This document shows, in pieces, positions 1-10,454 of a stretch of DNA of 64,000 bases. The notes under the pieces are model-generated. The model was not told the DNA's origin, did not search any database, and saw nothing but the letters and a program-made list of their open reading frames with translations. Within the stretch, counting starts at the first letter, position 1. Each line of letters starts with the position of its first letter. The stretch covers positions 44 through 64,043 of the forward strand of contig MGGS01000007.1 of NCBI GenBank assembly GCA_001792535.1, read 5' to 3'. Both the position numbers and the translations under genes were made by a program. The stretch comes from Candidatus Woesebacteria bacterium RIFCSPHIGHO2_02_FULL_42_20 (GTDB taxonomy: Bacteria; Patescibacteriota; Microgenomatia; UBA8517).

Positions 1-205
1 TCTTGAAAACAGCGTCGTGGGCTTCGTTTAATTTACCGACATTTAGCCTTGGATCGGCGTCTCCAATCACCTCTTCGTCTATTCTGTTTGCGGTATTTAG
101 CGTTTCAAAAATCCCACGAACACCATAGACAACAAGTCCACCGACGATCACGACGGCAGCCGCCAAAATTATGTAAAACCGGTCAATTTCCCGAAAACTT
201 CTCAT
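1..205 (-). CDS. Partial membrane-anchored hypothetical protein, downstream of pilO-like gene
   Basis: Manually translated from ATG at 205: MRSFREIDRFYIILAAAVVIVGGLVVYGVRG..., open to the window edge; start overlaps the 3' end of the pilO-like gene. Confidence 0.7.
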   Translation of the reverse strand, partial: MRSFREIDRFYIILAAAVVIVGGLVVYGVRGIFETLNTANRIDEEVIGDADPRLNVGKLNEAHDAVFK

Positions 206-707
206 TTGTGTATAAAAACGCACTAACCTTAACTACTAATTTATCTTCATCCTTACTATTTAACACTTCTACATCGATAAACTTAACCATCTCCGACAAC
301 ACCCCGAATTTGTTGAGCGCTTCCCCTACTTCCGATTTTGTCCCTTTAAACTCCAAAAGAAGCGGCAAGCCCAAATATCCTTGCCTGTTTTTTACCGGTT
401 CTTGGGTTGCAAAGGAAAATGTCAGTCTTTCGTCACCAAAGCCGTCAAGTTTTTCAACATAGTCGATAAATCCCTGTTCGTCGACAAAAACCGATTCAAG
501 GTCCGAAATTGTCTTTTCATTTTGCTGCAAGTCCGACAAAACAAGCTCCGGACTGACCAGGCCCGCATACTTTATCTCAAGACTCCTAAGCTGGCTTAAT
601 TTCCGGGAAGAGGAAAGCGTGGCATTAAGTAAAATAAGCGACCCTACCACAAGCAGAACATCCAATACAACACCAAAGATTAGTTTGTTTTTGGTCAACT
701 TTTTCAT
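183..707 (-). CDS. PilO-like type IV pilus assembly protein
   Basis: N-terminal TM, coiled segment and ferredoxin-like C-terminus (LLLEFKGT...FIDVEVL); directly follows pilM-pilN. Confidence 0.6.
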   Translation of the reverse strand: MKKLTKNKLIFGVVLDVLLVVGSLILLNATLSSSRKLSQLRSLEIKYAGLVSPELVLSDLQQNEKTISDLESVFVDEQGFIDYVEKLDGFGDERLTFSFATQEPVKNRQGYLGLPLLLEFKGTKSEVGEALNKFGVLSEMVKFIDVEVLNSKDEDKLVVKVSAFLYTNEKFSGN

Positions 708-710
708 GAT

Positions 711-2129
711 TTAAATTTGCAACTTAAGCTGTTTTTTAGTTCCTTTAGCCAATTCCAGAAAGCCAAAACTTGCTTCAAATTCCAAGTCCTTATCTTTTTC
801 AAAACTGGAGACAGGAATGCTAACGCTCGAAAACTTCCCGGTCTCTTCCAAATTCTTTTTGAAAGTAAGAAGTTGCTGCCGATCTACCGATGTCCCGCGT
901 ACCAGAATATTTCCCTCTTCCATGTCCAACCTGTAGTCGGTCACTTTGAGTCCTTCGGGCAAAGACGAACTAATAATATTGATTATTGTTTGCGGATAAA
1001 CTGTCCCGGAGGTGATCTTGATAACGTCGTCGCCCAGTTTGTTTGCACTTTCAATTTGTCCAACCACACTTTGCTGGGCACTATTTTTGCCGTTAGTTTG
1101 CGACTGCTCCAAGACCCCGATTTCGGCGCTTATCAAAATAAAAACAACTAAAGCAACAATAAAGTTGGCCAAAATAACCAAGGTCAAGACAACCAGCAAA
1201 CCTTTAATTTGGGCCATGAATTTTTTGGCTCTGTGAGTTTTGACCCACGCCGGTGGTAATAAGTTGATTGAATTTTCGTCCTCCGGCTCGGCCGGATCCC
1301 TTAGTTGCAACGAAAGCGGGATAAGATATTCCTGCAGACTTTTTGGGTCAAAGCCTTTCACTTTCGACTGTATCCACTCCGCCGGCATTTTCAGATTTTG
1401 ATTTATACCGGTAAAGAGTTCTTTAGTGATTTCCATCCCGCCAATTTGCACTTTCTTAATTTCCACTCTCTCGAAGTGCCCTATCATTCGCATTGCGGTC
1501 TGCAATATCTCCCGTTGGTTACTCGAATCAATAACAGAACTTCCTAAAATTTTTTCTCCTTCACGGACCAACAATATCGTTTTGCCCAAATTTGCATAAA
1601 TCACCAACGCGCCGCTGCCGTCGCCATCCGCGACTCTGGAGAGCGACAAGGAAGGCGTTTCAACGACCACAGGGAAAAGGCCAGCGAGGCTTACGGCATC
1701 AACAAATCCGGACAGCACATCTTTGGGGATCGCGACAGATAGTATTTGGTAACTTGTCTCGCCTTTTTGGGTAATTTTCCAATCCATCACAGAGTCTTTT
1801 GCTTCGGTCGGCAAAAAGTCCTGGGCTTCCCAGCGGACGGCTTCGTCCAATTCAGGAATGGGGACCTGCGGAAGTTCGATCGATTTGGTAAATGTGGAAA
1901 ACTCGGGCACAACAAGGCCGACAAGCTTTTCTTTTATATTCCGCTCTTGCCAAACTTTTTTGATGATTTCCGAAAGTGCTTTTGGATCTTTAACCTTGTA
2001 GTTATCGACTAGCCCCGACGGGATATCAATCGAGGTAACTAACCCCACTCGGTCACGGTCTTTAGTCAGGCTTACTAACTGGAGTTTATCTTGCGCAAAA
2101 TAAACAGAAACAAACTTTTTCTTTACCAT
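711..2129 (-). CDS. pilM: Type IV pilus assembly protein, PilM-PilN fusion
   Basis: Actin-like PilM signature (ELDEAVRWEAQDFLP, AGLFPVVVETPSLSL), then INLLP motif, TM helix and PilN-like domain. Confidence 0.8.
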   Translation of the reverse strand: MVKKKFVSVYFAQDKLQLVSLTKDRDRVGLVTSIDIPSGLVDNYKVKDPKALSEIIKKVWQERNIKEKLVGLVVPEFSTFTKSIELPQVPIPELDEAVRWEAQDFLPTEAKDSVMDWKITQKGETSYQILSVAIPKDVLSGFVDAVSLAGLFPVVVETPSLSLSRVADGDGSGALVIYANLGKTILLVREGEKILGSSVIDSSNQREILQTAMRMIGHFERVEIKKVQIGGMEITKELFTGINQNLKMPAEWIQSKVKGFDPKSLQEYLIPLSLQLRDPAEPEDENSINLLPPAWVKTHRAKKFMAQIKGLLVVLTLVILANFIVALVVFILISAEIGVLEQSQTNGKNSAQQSVVGQIESANKLGDDVIKITSGTVYPQTIINIISSSLPEGLKVTDYRLDMEEGNILVRGTSVDRQQLLTFKKNLEETGKFSSVSIPVSSFEKDKDLEFEASFGFLELAKGTKKQLKLQI

Positions 2130-2192
2130 GGCAGGTCCTCGCTACCATTATACATAATCGAAATAATGAGAGGGTGCTATACTGAAAATAGG

Positions 2193-3518
2193 ATGCAAAA
2201 AGGGCAAACTTTCTTGGGTTTTTTGATTTCCGTTGCGATCCTTACCATTCTTTCCTCGGCATTATTCACATTGGTTTTGACAAGTTATGAACTGATTACC
2301 TTTACCCGGGCTCGGGTTACCGCTCGCCATATTGCTCAACAAAAAATGGAGAATGTCAGAAATCTACCCTACGACACCATTGGTACGGTCGGAGGAATCC
2401 CAACGGGAACGCTGGCCCAAATTGAAAATACCGTTCAAAACGGGCTTAATTACAGAATCAAGACCGACATCGTTTACGTAGACGACCCGTTTGACAACGT
2501 AGCTCCAACTGATCTCCTCCCGACCGATTACAAAAGAATCAGAGTAGACGTCTCCTGGGAAGGCTTGGCTGAGTCTGACATTAACCCTGTGACAATGATA
2601 ACCGACATTGCGCCCAAGGGGTTGGAAACGGCTGAAGGTGGCGGCACGCTATCCATACTTGTTTTTAACGCCAACGCCCAACCGGTCGACCAAGCGGCTG
2701 TAACTATTAGTGCAACCGAGACAACGCCACAGATTAATTTGAACCTGATGACTAACCAGTCAGGAAGAGTTATTCTGCCCGGTGCACCAATCTGCAACTC
2801 CTGTTACCAAATTACAGTCACGAAAGAAGGCTACAGCAGCGACCGCACTTACTCTACACTGGAAGTGGCAAACCCTCTCAAACCCCGGGTTACTGTTCTC
2901 GAAGGACAGGTGAGCGAAGTAAGTTTTGCAATAGACAGGCTTTCGGCAATTAATATCTCAACCCTTACAGACAGGGCAAACGGCTTTATAAACTTACCCA
3001 ATGTCGAGATGACTCTTCGCGGCAACAAGACAATCGGAACAGATGTCGCCGATTTCCCGGTCTATAAATACGAAGAAGGTTTGACCACAGACGCCAACGG
3101 ACAACTTACCGCCCAAAACCTGGAATGGGACAACTACACCATCATCTTGAGCGAGACTTCTCCTTTTGACATAACCGGTACAAACCCCCTGAATCCGTTT
3201 ACGGTCGACCCGGCGCAAACTCTTGGTATAGACGTCGCACTAACTTCGCACACCGACAATAACCTGCTTCTCGTTTTTACAGACCAAGCCGATAACTTAC
3301 TGGAAAATGTGGATGTGACACTGTCAGACGGCGCGGGCTTTGAAAAAAACACTACAACCGGCCTCCTTGATACGCCGGATTTTGGCCAAGCCTTCTTCGG
3401 CAGTCTTGAAAACAAGACTTATACAATAGATGCAACAATTACAGGCTTTTTGCCCCTCAACGGCAATTTTCCCGTAAGTGCGCAGACAGTTGAGAAAATT
3501 ATTTTGACACCGGAGTAA
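2193..3518 (+). CDS. Minor pilin-like protein with C-terminal carboxypeptidase-regulatory-like beta domains
   Basis: Class III signal MQKG|QTFLGFLISVAIL; AQQKMENVRNLPY and YKRIRVDVSW pilin motifs; start moved to ATG 2193. Confidence 0.75.
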   Translation: MQKGQTFLGFLISVAILTILSSALFTLVLTSYELITFTRARVTARHIAQQKMENVRNLPYDTIGTVGGIPTGTLAQIENTVQNGLNYRIKTDIVYVDDPFDNVAPTDLLPTDYKRIRVDVSWEGLAESDINPVTMITDIAPKGLETAEGGGTLSILVFNANAQPVDQAAVTISATETTPQINLNLMTNQSGRVILPGAPICNSCYQITVTKEGYSSDRTYSTLEVANPLKPRVTVLEGQVSEVSFAIDRLSAINISTLTDRANGFINLPNVEMTLRGNKTIGTDVADFPVYKYEEGLTTDANGQLTAQNLEWDNYTIILSETSPFDITGTNPLNPFTVDPAQTLGIDVALTSHTDNNLLLVFTDQADNLLENVDVTLSDGAGFEKNTTTGLLDTPDFGQAFFGSLENKTYTIDATITGFLPLNGNFPVSAQTVEKIILTPE

Positions 3519-3520
3519 TA

Positions 3521-4147
3521 ATGAACAAATCACAAATCCCAAATCTCAAACACGGTTTCACTCTAGTCGAAGTTTTGGTTACAGGCTTTTTGGCGGTTGC
3601 CGTCGGCGCAGCCCTGGTGGGTTTGCAATATATTCTGACCCAGAACCAGTTAACCGTTTTTAGCAATTATATAAATGTCGATGAAGCCAACTTCGGCATC
3701 ACAAACTTGGAAAGAGAACTTCGGTCTGCCCGGTCGGGAGACAATGGTTCATATCCACTGGAAATCGCCGGCGACTGGGAAATCATCTTTTACTCCGACA
3801 TCGATTACGATGGCAACGCCGAGCGCGTTCGCTATTTCCTGGCCGACTCTACACTGACAAAAGGCATTATCGAGCCAACGGGGTTTCCAATCACTTACCC
3901 TGCCGGAAACGAGTTTGTCAAGATAATTAGCGAAAATGTCCGAAACGGAATCGAGCCAGTGTTTTATTATTATAATAGCAATTGGCCACTGGACACAGTA
4001 AATAACCCGCTTGCCCAGCCCTTGAGACTGTCCGATACCAGACTTATTGGAATATTGCTAAGATTAAATAGCGACTCATCGGGTCCCGATGATGACTATA
4101 TACTTGAATCAACTATTGCAATCAGAGAACTGAAAGACAATTTATAA
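3521..4147 (+). CDS. Prepilin-type N-terminal cleavage/methylation protein (PilW/PulJ-like)
   Basis: HG|FTLVEVLV motif; LERELRSA. Confidence 0.85.
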   Translation: MNKSQIPNLKHGFTLVEVLVTGFLAVAVGAALVGLQYILTQNQLTVFSNYINVDEANFGITNLERELRSARSGDNGSYPLEIAGDWEIIFYSDIDYDGNAERVRYFLADSTLTKGIIEPTGFPITYPAGNEFVKIISENVRNGIEPVFYYYNSNWPLDTVNNPLAQPLRLSDTRLIGILLRLNSDSSGPDDDYILESTIAIRELKDNL

Positions 4148-5509
4148 ATGACCAGGGGATCAATAACACCGGCATTACTTATAATTACCAGCGCTTTTGT
4201 AGTAGTCATCTATGGGATGCTTTCCGTCTTGTCACTTCAGCTGGATTCTTCCCACAGGCAAACCGCGCAAGAAGAAGCGCTCAATATCGCCGAAGCAGGA
4301 ATCAACTACTACCGCTGGCACCTTGCACACGACCCCAACGACTTTCAGGACGGAACGGGAAACCCCGGGCCGTATACTCACGATTACCACGATCCTCAAG
4401 GTAACATTACAGGAAGCTACACATTAGACATTACTCCACCCATTAATGGGTCGTCAGTCATAACCATCAAATCTACGGCGCGTACTTTGCAATACCCGAA
4501 TGTCCAAAGGACCATAACTGCCCAGTACGGAAAACAGTCGCTAACCAAGTTTTCATTTCTGCAAAACTCATCCAGCTGGTACGGAACAGGTATCACGGTC
4601 AACGGTGAAGTTCATTCAAACAACGGAATACGAATGGATGGGATAAATAATTCGCTGGTTTCAAGCGCCCAGGAAACTTATACCTGCGGCGGAGAAACCG
4701 GATGCAACCCGCCCCAAAGCCGACCGGGAGTCTGGGGTTCCGGGCCAAACAGCTTTTTGTGGGATTTCCCCATCCCCGCAGTCGACTTTGACTCAATATC
4801 TTTTGACTTTGCCAATATGCGTGACAGCGCGATTGCAGACGGACTTTATCTGGCACCATCCGGAAGCCGAGGATACCACTTGATTTTCAATGGAAACACA
4901 TTTGAAGTCCGCAGAGTTACAGGCACGAACTATTACAACGGTTATTCGGCCGATGACGGTTGCCAAAGGCGTTATCAAATAATAACCAGCGAAACGTCAA
5001 CAGGCACATATAACATAGTCGACAACCCTATAATCTTTGCCGAAGACCACCTCTGGGTTGAAGGATTGCTGGACGGACGGACAACCGTGACAGCGGCAAG
5101 GTTTCCCATCGACTCCAACCAAATGAATATCTGGCTCCGGGGGAACATAACCTATGCACAATATGACAACAGCGACTCAATGGGTTTAATTGCCCAAAAC
5201 GACATTTATTTCGTCAGAAACCTGCCTAACGACTTCAAGGTTGACGCGGCATTAATGGCTCAAAAAGGCAAAATAATCAGACACGGATATTTGAGTTGGT
5301 GCGGTGGCACGAGCCAGGCTGTCAAAAACAGCCTCACGATCAACGGCAGCGTTATCTCGTTTTACAAGTCGTACTGGAACTTTGGCTCCGGGCCATCATC
5401 CGGGTTTATTACAAGAACCATCACCTATAACTCCGACCTTTTATATAATCCTCCTCCGTATTTTCCGGTCACCGGCGACTTTGAAATTATCTCGTGGAGA
5501 GAAGAGTAG
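4148..5509 (+). CDS. PilX-like minor pilin
   Basis: RG|SITPALLII signal, ALNIAEAGINY PilX N-terminal motif, GEVHSNNGI. Confidence 0.75.
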   Translation: MTRGSITPALLIITSAFVVVIYGMLSVLSLQLDSSHRQTAQEEALNIAEAGINYYRWHLAHDPNDFQDGTGNPGPYTHDYHDPQGNITGSYTLDITPPINGSSVITIKSTARTLQYPNVQRTITAQYGKQSLTKFSFLQNSSSWYGTGITVNGEVHSNNGIRMDGINNSLVSSAQETYTCGGETGCNPPQSRPGVWGSGPNSFLWDFPIPAVDFDSISFDFANMRDSAIADGLYLAPSGSRGYHLIFNGNTFEVRRVTGTNYYNGYSADDGCQRRYQIITSETSTGTYNIVDNPIIFAEDHLWVEGLLDGRTTVTAARFPIDSNQMNIWLRGNITYAQYDNSDSMGLIAQNDIYFVRNLPNDFKVDAALMAQKGKIIRHGYLSWCGGTSQAVKNSLTINGSVISFYKSYWNFGSGPSSGFITRTITYNSDLLYNPPPYFPVTGDFEIISWREE

Positions 5510-5591
5510 AAATAATAGGCACTTTGATTACAATTAATATATACAGGGGTCACGGCACATCAGAAAATGCTCCGCCCTTGGCTCCAGTTTT

Positions 5592-5888
5592 TTAAGGAGA
5601 AGATATGGGTCGGTCACCACTCTCTCTAAGTCGCTCTAATATCCACATTCTAATAAGCGTGGTGGGGCCAATTCCCTGATTGCGGGCTTGCAAACGTAAT
5701 TTATTTAATGTTCGATCGTCTAATCGAATTGTTATGCCTCGAGACAAATTCTTTGCAAAACTGACTTTCACAGGCCTGAAGTCACCCCAATAATCCGCCA
5801 GATCGTGAGTATCCCAGAATTTCTGTTCCTCATCAATAGTTTTAAATTTAGGAATAGTTTTGGTTTTTTGTTTCGTGCCATTAGCCAT
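5592..5888 (-). CDS. CopG/BrnA-type antitoxin
   Basis: IPKFKTIDEEQKFWDTHDLADY and RHH-like ITIRLD...TLIRMWILERL. Confidence 0.8.
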   Translation of the reverse strand: MANGTKQKTKTIPKFKTIDEEQKFWDTHDLADYWGDFRPVKVSFAKNLSRGITIRLDDRTLNKLRLQARNQGIGPTTLIRMWILERLRESGDRPISSP

Positions 5889-6060
5889 GCTTTTCACCAC
5901 CTTTCTCTCCCTCATAATTTTTCCTCATTCTTCTACTCGCCGTATAAGCAGTAACTGGATAATACTTATCTCTGCCTTTCGAAGCCAGTATGATAGCCAA
6001 CATCCTCCCGGATTTCGTCGGACCAACCAGAATTATGCGTTCCGCATATCTCAGTCTACT
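5881..6060 (-). pseudogene. BrnT-type toxin, C-terminal remnant
   Basis: ERIILVGPTKSGRMLAIIL...YYPVTAYTASRRMRKNYE overlaps the antitoxin start; N-terminal half absent, abuts upstream gene stop. Confidence 0.6.
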
Positions 6061-6062
6061 CA

Positions 6063-6797
6063 TCAAGGCGTGGGGCTGGGGGTCGGCTCTTTTACGCAAA
6101 GAGTGTTTGATATCACCGTCCGCTGCGTTACGGTACTGTCCCCAAGATCACAGTCGTAGACTAAATTCGGAAAAGGGTTGGCCGTTCCGGATGGAGTTTG
6201 GGTAGGTGTAGGTGTTCTTGGGTAAACACAATAAGACAGTCTCCAAAAAGGGCAATCGGGGTCCGGCCCGGGCACCGGAGTACTTGACCCTCCACTCGAG
6301 CCGCCCGATCCGCCTGACCCACCGGAACCTCCGCCACTTCCACCGCTTCCTCCGCCGCCCGATCCTTGCGTCGCAGCCGGCGTAGAAGTTGGATTTTCAT
6401 CTTCAAAATAAGTTAAGACTTCATCCTCATCTTCATCGGTTAAGACTATTGTGTAGGTCACGCCGTCTTTGGTGTAGATGACCAAAAAGCTTCCATCCTC
6501 CAAAGTTTCTGTCCCCTCAATGAACTCACCGCTTTCAAACTTGTCATTAATAATCTCAAAAAAAGACTTCGTCTTGGCAGTATCCCAAAAGTCCTCACCG
6601 GATAACGTTTTCGATCTCAAAAAAACTTTTCCGCTACTGTAAACCGTCGCCGAGTCGCTCCCCTGCTCTATTTTAATGTTGTCGACCGGGTCATCGGCGC
6701 CACTTTTAAAAATAGAGCCTTTTGACAAGAATAATACCAGCAAAAGCAAAACACCCAAACCCGCAATAACTACTATGTAATTTTTGGGCAACTTCAT
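6063..6797 (-). CDS. Membrane-anchored hypothetical protein with Gly/Ser linker and small Cys-containing C-terminal domain
   Basis: N-terminal TM; GSGGGGSGG repeats; translationally coupled to pilC. Confidence 0.75.
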   Translation of the reverse strand: MKLPKNYIVVIAGLGVLLLLVLFLSKGSIFKSGADDPVDNIKIEQGSDSATVYSSGKVFLRSKTLSGEDFWDTAKTKSFFEIINDKFESGEFIEGTETLEDGSFLVIYTKDGVTYTIVLTDEDEDEVLTYFEDENPTSTPAATQGSGGGGSGGSGGGSGGSGGSGGSSGGSSTPVPGPDPDCPFWRLSYCVYPRTPTPTQTPSGTANPFPNLVYDCDLGDSTVTQRTVISNTLCVKEPTPSPTP

Positions 6798-8011
6798 TTT
6801 TTGATACTACTTTGCAAGGACCCCACAATCGAATAGATTGGGGCAATAACCAAAATTACCATCGCACCCACCGCAACGCCGATAAAAAGCATCATCAAAG
6901 GCTCAAGTAAACTGGTAAGTCTCTTAAGATCGTTTTCGACTTCATTTTCGTAAAAGCCAGCCATCTCCTCCAAAACTTCATCAAGCCTGCCAGTCTTTTC
7001 CCCGGCCTTTATTGTCTGGATTACAACCAAAGGAAATGTACCCTTGGCGCGCGAAAGGACGCCGGAAAGCGACTCTCCTTTGGATACTTGCTCGGCAAAC
7101 TCAGTGGCTTTTCTTTTCAAGCCCGGCTGGCCCAAAGTATCTGCCGAAACATTTAAAGCGGTCGTTATCTGGACTCCACTCCGAAGAAGCGTAGATAATG
7201 TCCTTGAAAACCTGGCCACGTCGACTTTTAATGCTACCTTTTTGAGTAACGGGAGCTTAACCGCAAAATGGATAATTGCGTCTCGTGATTTTTTTATAAC
7301 AATTGTCAAAACCCCTAACAAACCAAGAACACCAACAATGACCAGGACAAGAACAGTGTTTTTCCCGACAAAATTACCAAAATTAAGAATGGCGGTAGTT
7401 AACGCCGGAAGAGGAACATTAAGCTTTATAAAAACAGTTGATATTTTTGGCAGAACAAATAGCAACATTAACAAACCCACACCAATCATCGACATAAAAA
7501 TCACAGCGGGGTACATCATTGAGTTCTTTACTTTTTGTGTAAGTTCATAGTTGGCATAAAGTTGCTTCGAAAGGTAATCGAAGGCTTCATCTAAGGTTCC
7601 GGACTCTTCTCCCGCCTTAATCATGGTTAAAAAAACCGGGTCAAAGTCAGACTTGTATTGCGACAAAACCGACGAGACGTTGTTCCCTTTTCTGGTCTGA
7701 AATGCAATATCGGAAAGTATTTTTTTCATTTTTTGGTTTTCCGATTCCTGTTTAATTATTTCCACCGCCTCCGGAAGCGAAAGGCCACTCCGAAGCATCG
7801 TCGCCATAAACCTGCAAAACGCCGCCTTTTCCGACACTTTTATCCCCCGACCGAAAATCCCCTGAACGTTACTTTCAAGTGACTTCACACTCAAAACCTT
7901 GTATCCGTTGGCCTTGAGCGACACAGCCGCATCCTCACGACTTGCAGCCTGAATAGTATCCTCACTTACTTTTCCCTTTTGATCCAAGACTTTGTACAAA
8001 AACAGCGGCAT
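6794..8011 (-). CDS. pilC: Type IV pilus platform protein PilC (T2SS F family)
   Basis: Two T2SSF domains (AGEESGTLD, AGEKTGRLDEVL, LLEPLMM). Confidence 0.95.
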   Translation of the reverse strand: MPLFLYKVLDQKGKVSEDTIQAASREDAAVSLKANGYKVLSVKSLESNVQGIFGRGIKVSEKAAFCRFMATMLRSGLSLPEAVEIIKQESENQKMKKILSDIAFQTRKGNNVSSVLSQYKSDFDPVFLTMIKAGEESGTLDEAFDYLSKQLYANYELTQKVKNSMMYPAVIFMSMIGVGLLMLLFVLPKISTVFIKLNVPLPALTTAILNFGNFVGKNTVLVLVIVGVLGLLGVLTIVIKKSRDAIIHFAVKLPLLKKVALKVDVARFSRTLSTLLRSGVQITTALNVSADTLGQPGLKRKATEFAEQVSKGESLSGVLSRAKGTFPLVVIQTIKAGEKTGRLDEVLEEMAGFYENEVENDLKRLTSLLEPLMMLFIGVAVGAMVILVIAPIYSIVGSLQSSIKK

Positions 8012-8012
8012 A

Positions 8013-9692
8013 TCAACTCTCCCTTACGACTCTTATCATTTCGTCTATCGTAGTCAACCCGCTTGAAACTTTATTTAACCCGTCTGCAAGCATTGTCAGC
8101 ATCCCTTCCTTAACCGCGAGTGTCTCTAAATCATCCAGGGCGGACTTTTGAGTAATCAATTTGCGAATACTTTCAGACACCCGCATCACTTCGTAAATTC
8201 CGATTCTGCCCGCGTATCCCGACTTGTGACACTCGCCGCACCCCGTACCACGGTAAAATTTCTGGTCTTTGAGGTTAAGGTTAAATTCCTTTACAAACGG
8301 CCCCAACGTATTTTCATCGGGAGAGTATTCAGTGATGCAACTTGTACAAATTTTTCGAACCAGCCTCTGGGCGATTACCGCGTTGACCGTTGAAGCCAAT
8401 AAATAACCCTCAACGCCCATATCCAAAAATCTTGGGATTGCACCAGCCGCGGTATTGGTATGCAGCGTCGACAGGACCAAATGCCCGGTCAAGGCTGAGT
8501 GGACGGCAATCTCTGCGGTTTCTCTGTCTCGAATTTCACCTACCATAATTATGTCCGGGTCGTGCCTAAGCAGAGAGCGAAGGCCTGCTGCAAAATCCAG
8601 CCCGGCCTTTGGGTTTACTTGAATCTGGCTAACCCTCTTTACTCCATACTCAATAGGATCCTCGATGGTACAAATTTTGACCTTTACAGTATTTAAAATA
8701 TTCAGTATCGAATAAAGAGTCGTTGTCTTACCCGAACCCGTAGGGCCGGTCACCAAAAGCATGCCATTGGGTTTTGTTATATTATCTCTGACCACTTCCA
8801 GACCCTTGCCCGTAAGTCCCAATTCCTCCAAGCTCAGTGGCCTGCTGGTTTCGGGCAACAGCCTCATAACCACATTTTCGCCATAAAAACCCGGTATGAT
8901 CGAGATTCTCAAAGCAATCGTATCGTCGTCAATACTAAACCTGTGTCTGCCGTCTTGAGGAATTCTATGCTCGTCAATTTTGAGATTTGACAGAATTTTT
9001 ATCCTGGCCACCAAAGCAATCTCAATTCCTCTGGGAAGGCGGATGATGTCGCGAAGTATGCCGTCGATCCTAAACCGCACGACCACTTCTTCGGAATAGC
9101 TTTCGATATGAATGTCACTTGCCCTCTCTGCAGCCGCAAACTCGAAAATAGTATCCAGAATTTTAATTACCGGCAGCTCTTCCGCTGCCTTGGCAGGGTC
9201 TTTTTCAAGCTTAGTCTTGCTAACGTTTTCTTCAATTACTTTATCGAATTCCTCTCTAATATTTTTCTTATACTGACCCAGTGCTTTCCGCATCTCATCC
9301 GGGCCGGCATAATACGGCACAATTTCGAGGCCGGTTTGGCGTTTTGCAAATTCAATCGCCTCAAAGTCCGACGGATCCTCCATCGCAAGATTAAGCTTGT
9401 TATCCTGCCTGTCAAACGCAAGGATACGGTAGCTCCTCGCGGTCTTTTCCGGTATGAGCCGTAAGACTTCGTCGGCGGTAACTTTGTGGTTAAGATTCGC
9501 GTGCAGAACCTTTAGATGCTCTGCAACCAATTGTCCCAGCGTAGATTCACTTAAAAAGCCTTTAAATATCAAAATGTCTTCGGCACTTCTGCCAAGCTCC
9601 TGCGAAGACTTGGCAGCCTCATCAAAATCCTTTTCAGGCACATAGCCGGAGTCAACCAAGATTTTTTTGAGTGCTTCAATAGGGAGTTTCAT
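8013..9692 (-). CDS. pilB: Type IV pilus assembly ATPase PilB (GspE family)
   Basis: Walker A GPTGSGKTT, TIEDPIE, LRHDPDIIMVGEIRD, tetra-Cys motif. Confidence 0.95.
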   Translation of the reverse strand: MKLPIEALKKILVDSGYVPEKDFDEAAKSSQELGRSAEDILIFKGFLSESTLGQLVAEHLKVLHANLNHKVTADEVLRLIPEKTARSYRILAFDRQDNKLNLAMEDPSDFEAIEFAKRQTGLEIVPYYAGPDEMRKALGQYKKNIREEFDKVIEENVSKTKLEKDPAKAAEELPVIKILDTIFEFAAAERASDIHIESYSEEVVVRFRIDGILRDIIRLPRGIEIALVARIKILSNLKIDEHRIPQDGRHRFSIDDDTIALRISIIPGFYGENVVMRLLPETSRPLSLEELGLTGKGLEVVRDNITKPNGMLLVTGPTGSGKTTTLYSILNILNTVKVKICTIEDPIEYGVKRVSQIQVNPKAGLDFAAGLRSLLRHDPDIIMVGEIRDRETAEIAVHSALTGHLVLSTLHTNTAAGAIPRFLDMGVEGYLLASTVNAVIAQRLVRKICTSCITEYSPDENTLGPFVKEFNLNLKDQKFYRGTGCGECHKSGYAGRIGIYEVMRVSESIRKLITQKSALDDLETLAVKEGMLTMLADGLNKVSSGLTTIDEMIRVVRES

Positions 9693-9760
9693 GGGTAGTA
9701 ATTTAGTGTAGCACGCAGGGTGGCAAAAAAGTATAAACCCAATAACCTACGCCGCGCTAA

Positions 9761-9985
9761 TTATTTCCGGTTCTTCCCGCAAATTTTGCAATCCTCGCCA
9801 TGGGTAGCAAAAAGGTAAACGGCAGACACGCCCACCAAAATATAAACCAGCCTTTCCAATTCCGGGACAGATCCGAGTAGTGCGCTAACCAAATTAAAGT
9901 TAAAAATCCCAACCAAACCCCAGTTGAGCGCACCCACGACGGTCAGTGGAAAACTTACAAGGTGTAGTAGTTCCTTAGTTTTCAT
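9761..9985 (-). CDS. DUF378 small membrane protein
   Basis: VGALNWGLVG...VYILVGVSA; SD-like GGGGGTGA upstream. Confidence 0.85.
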   Translation of the reverse strand: MKTKELLHLVSFPLTVVGALNWGLVGIFNFNLVSALLGSVPELERLVYILVGVSAVYLFATHGEDCKICGKNRK

Positions 9986-10062
9986 TCCTCTCACCCCCCT
10001 CCGGGCCAGTGGCCATTCCTATTTAATTATTACTTGATAAAGGTGTTAAAATAAAGCAGCGA

Positions 10063-10371
10063 ATGAAAATCGAGATAAAGACCAAGGATCTCGAGATTAC
10101 CGACTTCGTCCAAAAGTTGGTTGACAACAAGCTAAAGCCCAAAATTGACAGGCTGCTTAAAAAGCTTCCTGCCGACAGAAAATCTGCGTTATTGCGACTG
10201 ACCACTAGAAGCCGATGGGGCTATAAGGCTAGCTTGTCGATGAGCCTACCCGGAAAGGTTCGGATTTTCGGCAAAGAAATCCATAAAAATTTAGAGTCAG
10301 CGATAGTGAACCTGCGAGAGGAAGTCGTGCGCCAAATTAGAGAATACAAAGAAAAACGCAGTTCCAGCTAG
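10063..10371 (+). CDS. Ribosome hibernation factor HPF/RaiA family
   Basis: MKIEIKTKDLEITD...AIVNLREEVVRQIREYKEK pattern. Confidence 0.75.
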   Translation: MKIEIKTKDLEITDFVQKLVDNKLKPKIDRLLKKLPADRKSALLRLTTRSRWGYKASLSMSLPGKVRIFGKEIHKNLESAIVNLREEVVRQIREYKEKRSSS

Positions 10372-10454
10372 TTTTCACAATTCAGTTTTTTATACTCATT
10401 ATCAAAAAATCGAGTAATTTTTAACATGAAATTAAACAATCTTACTGCCAAGTA

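Noticed and set aside
6285-6365. GC-rich repetitive tract
   Set aside because: Encodes a Gly/Ser linker with varied codons; not a DNA repeat array
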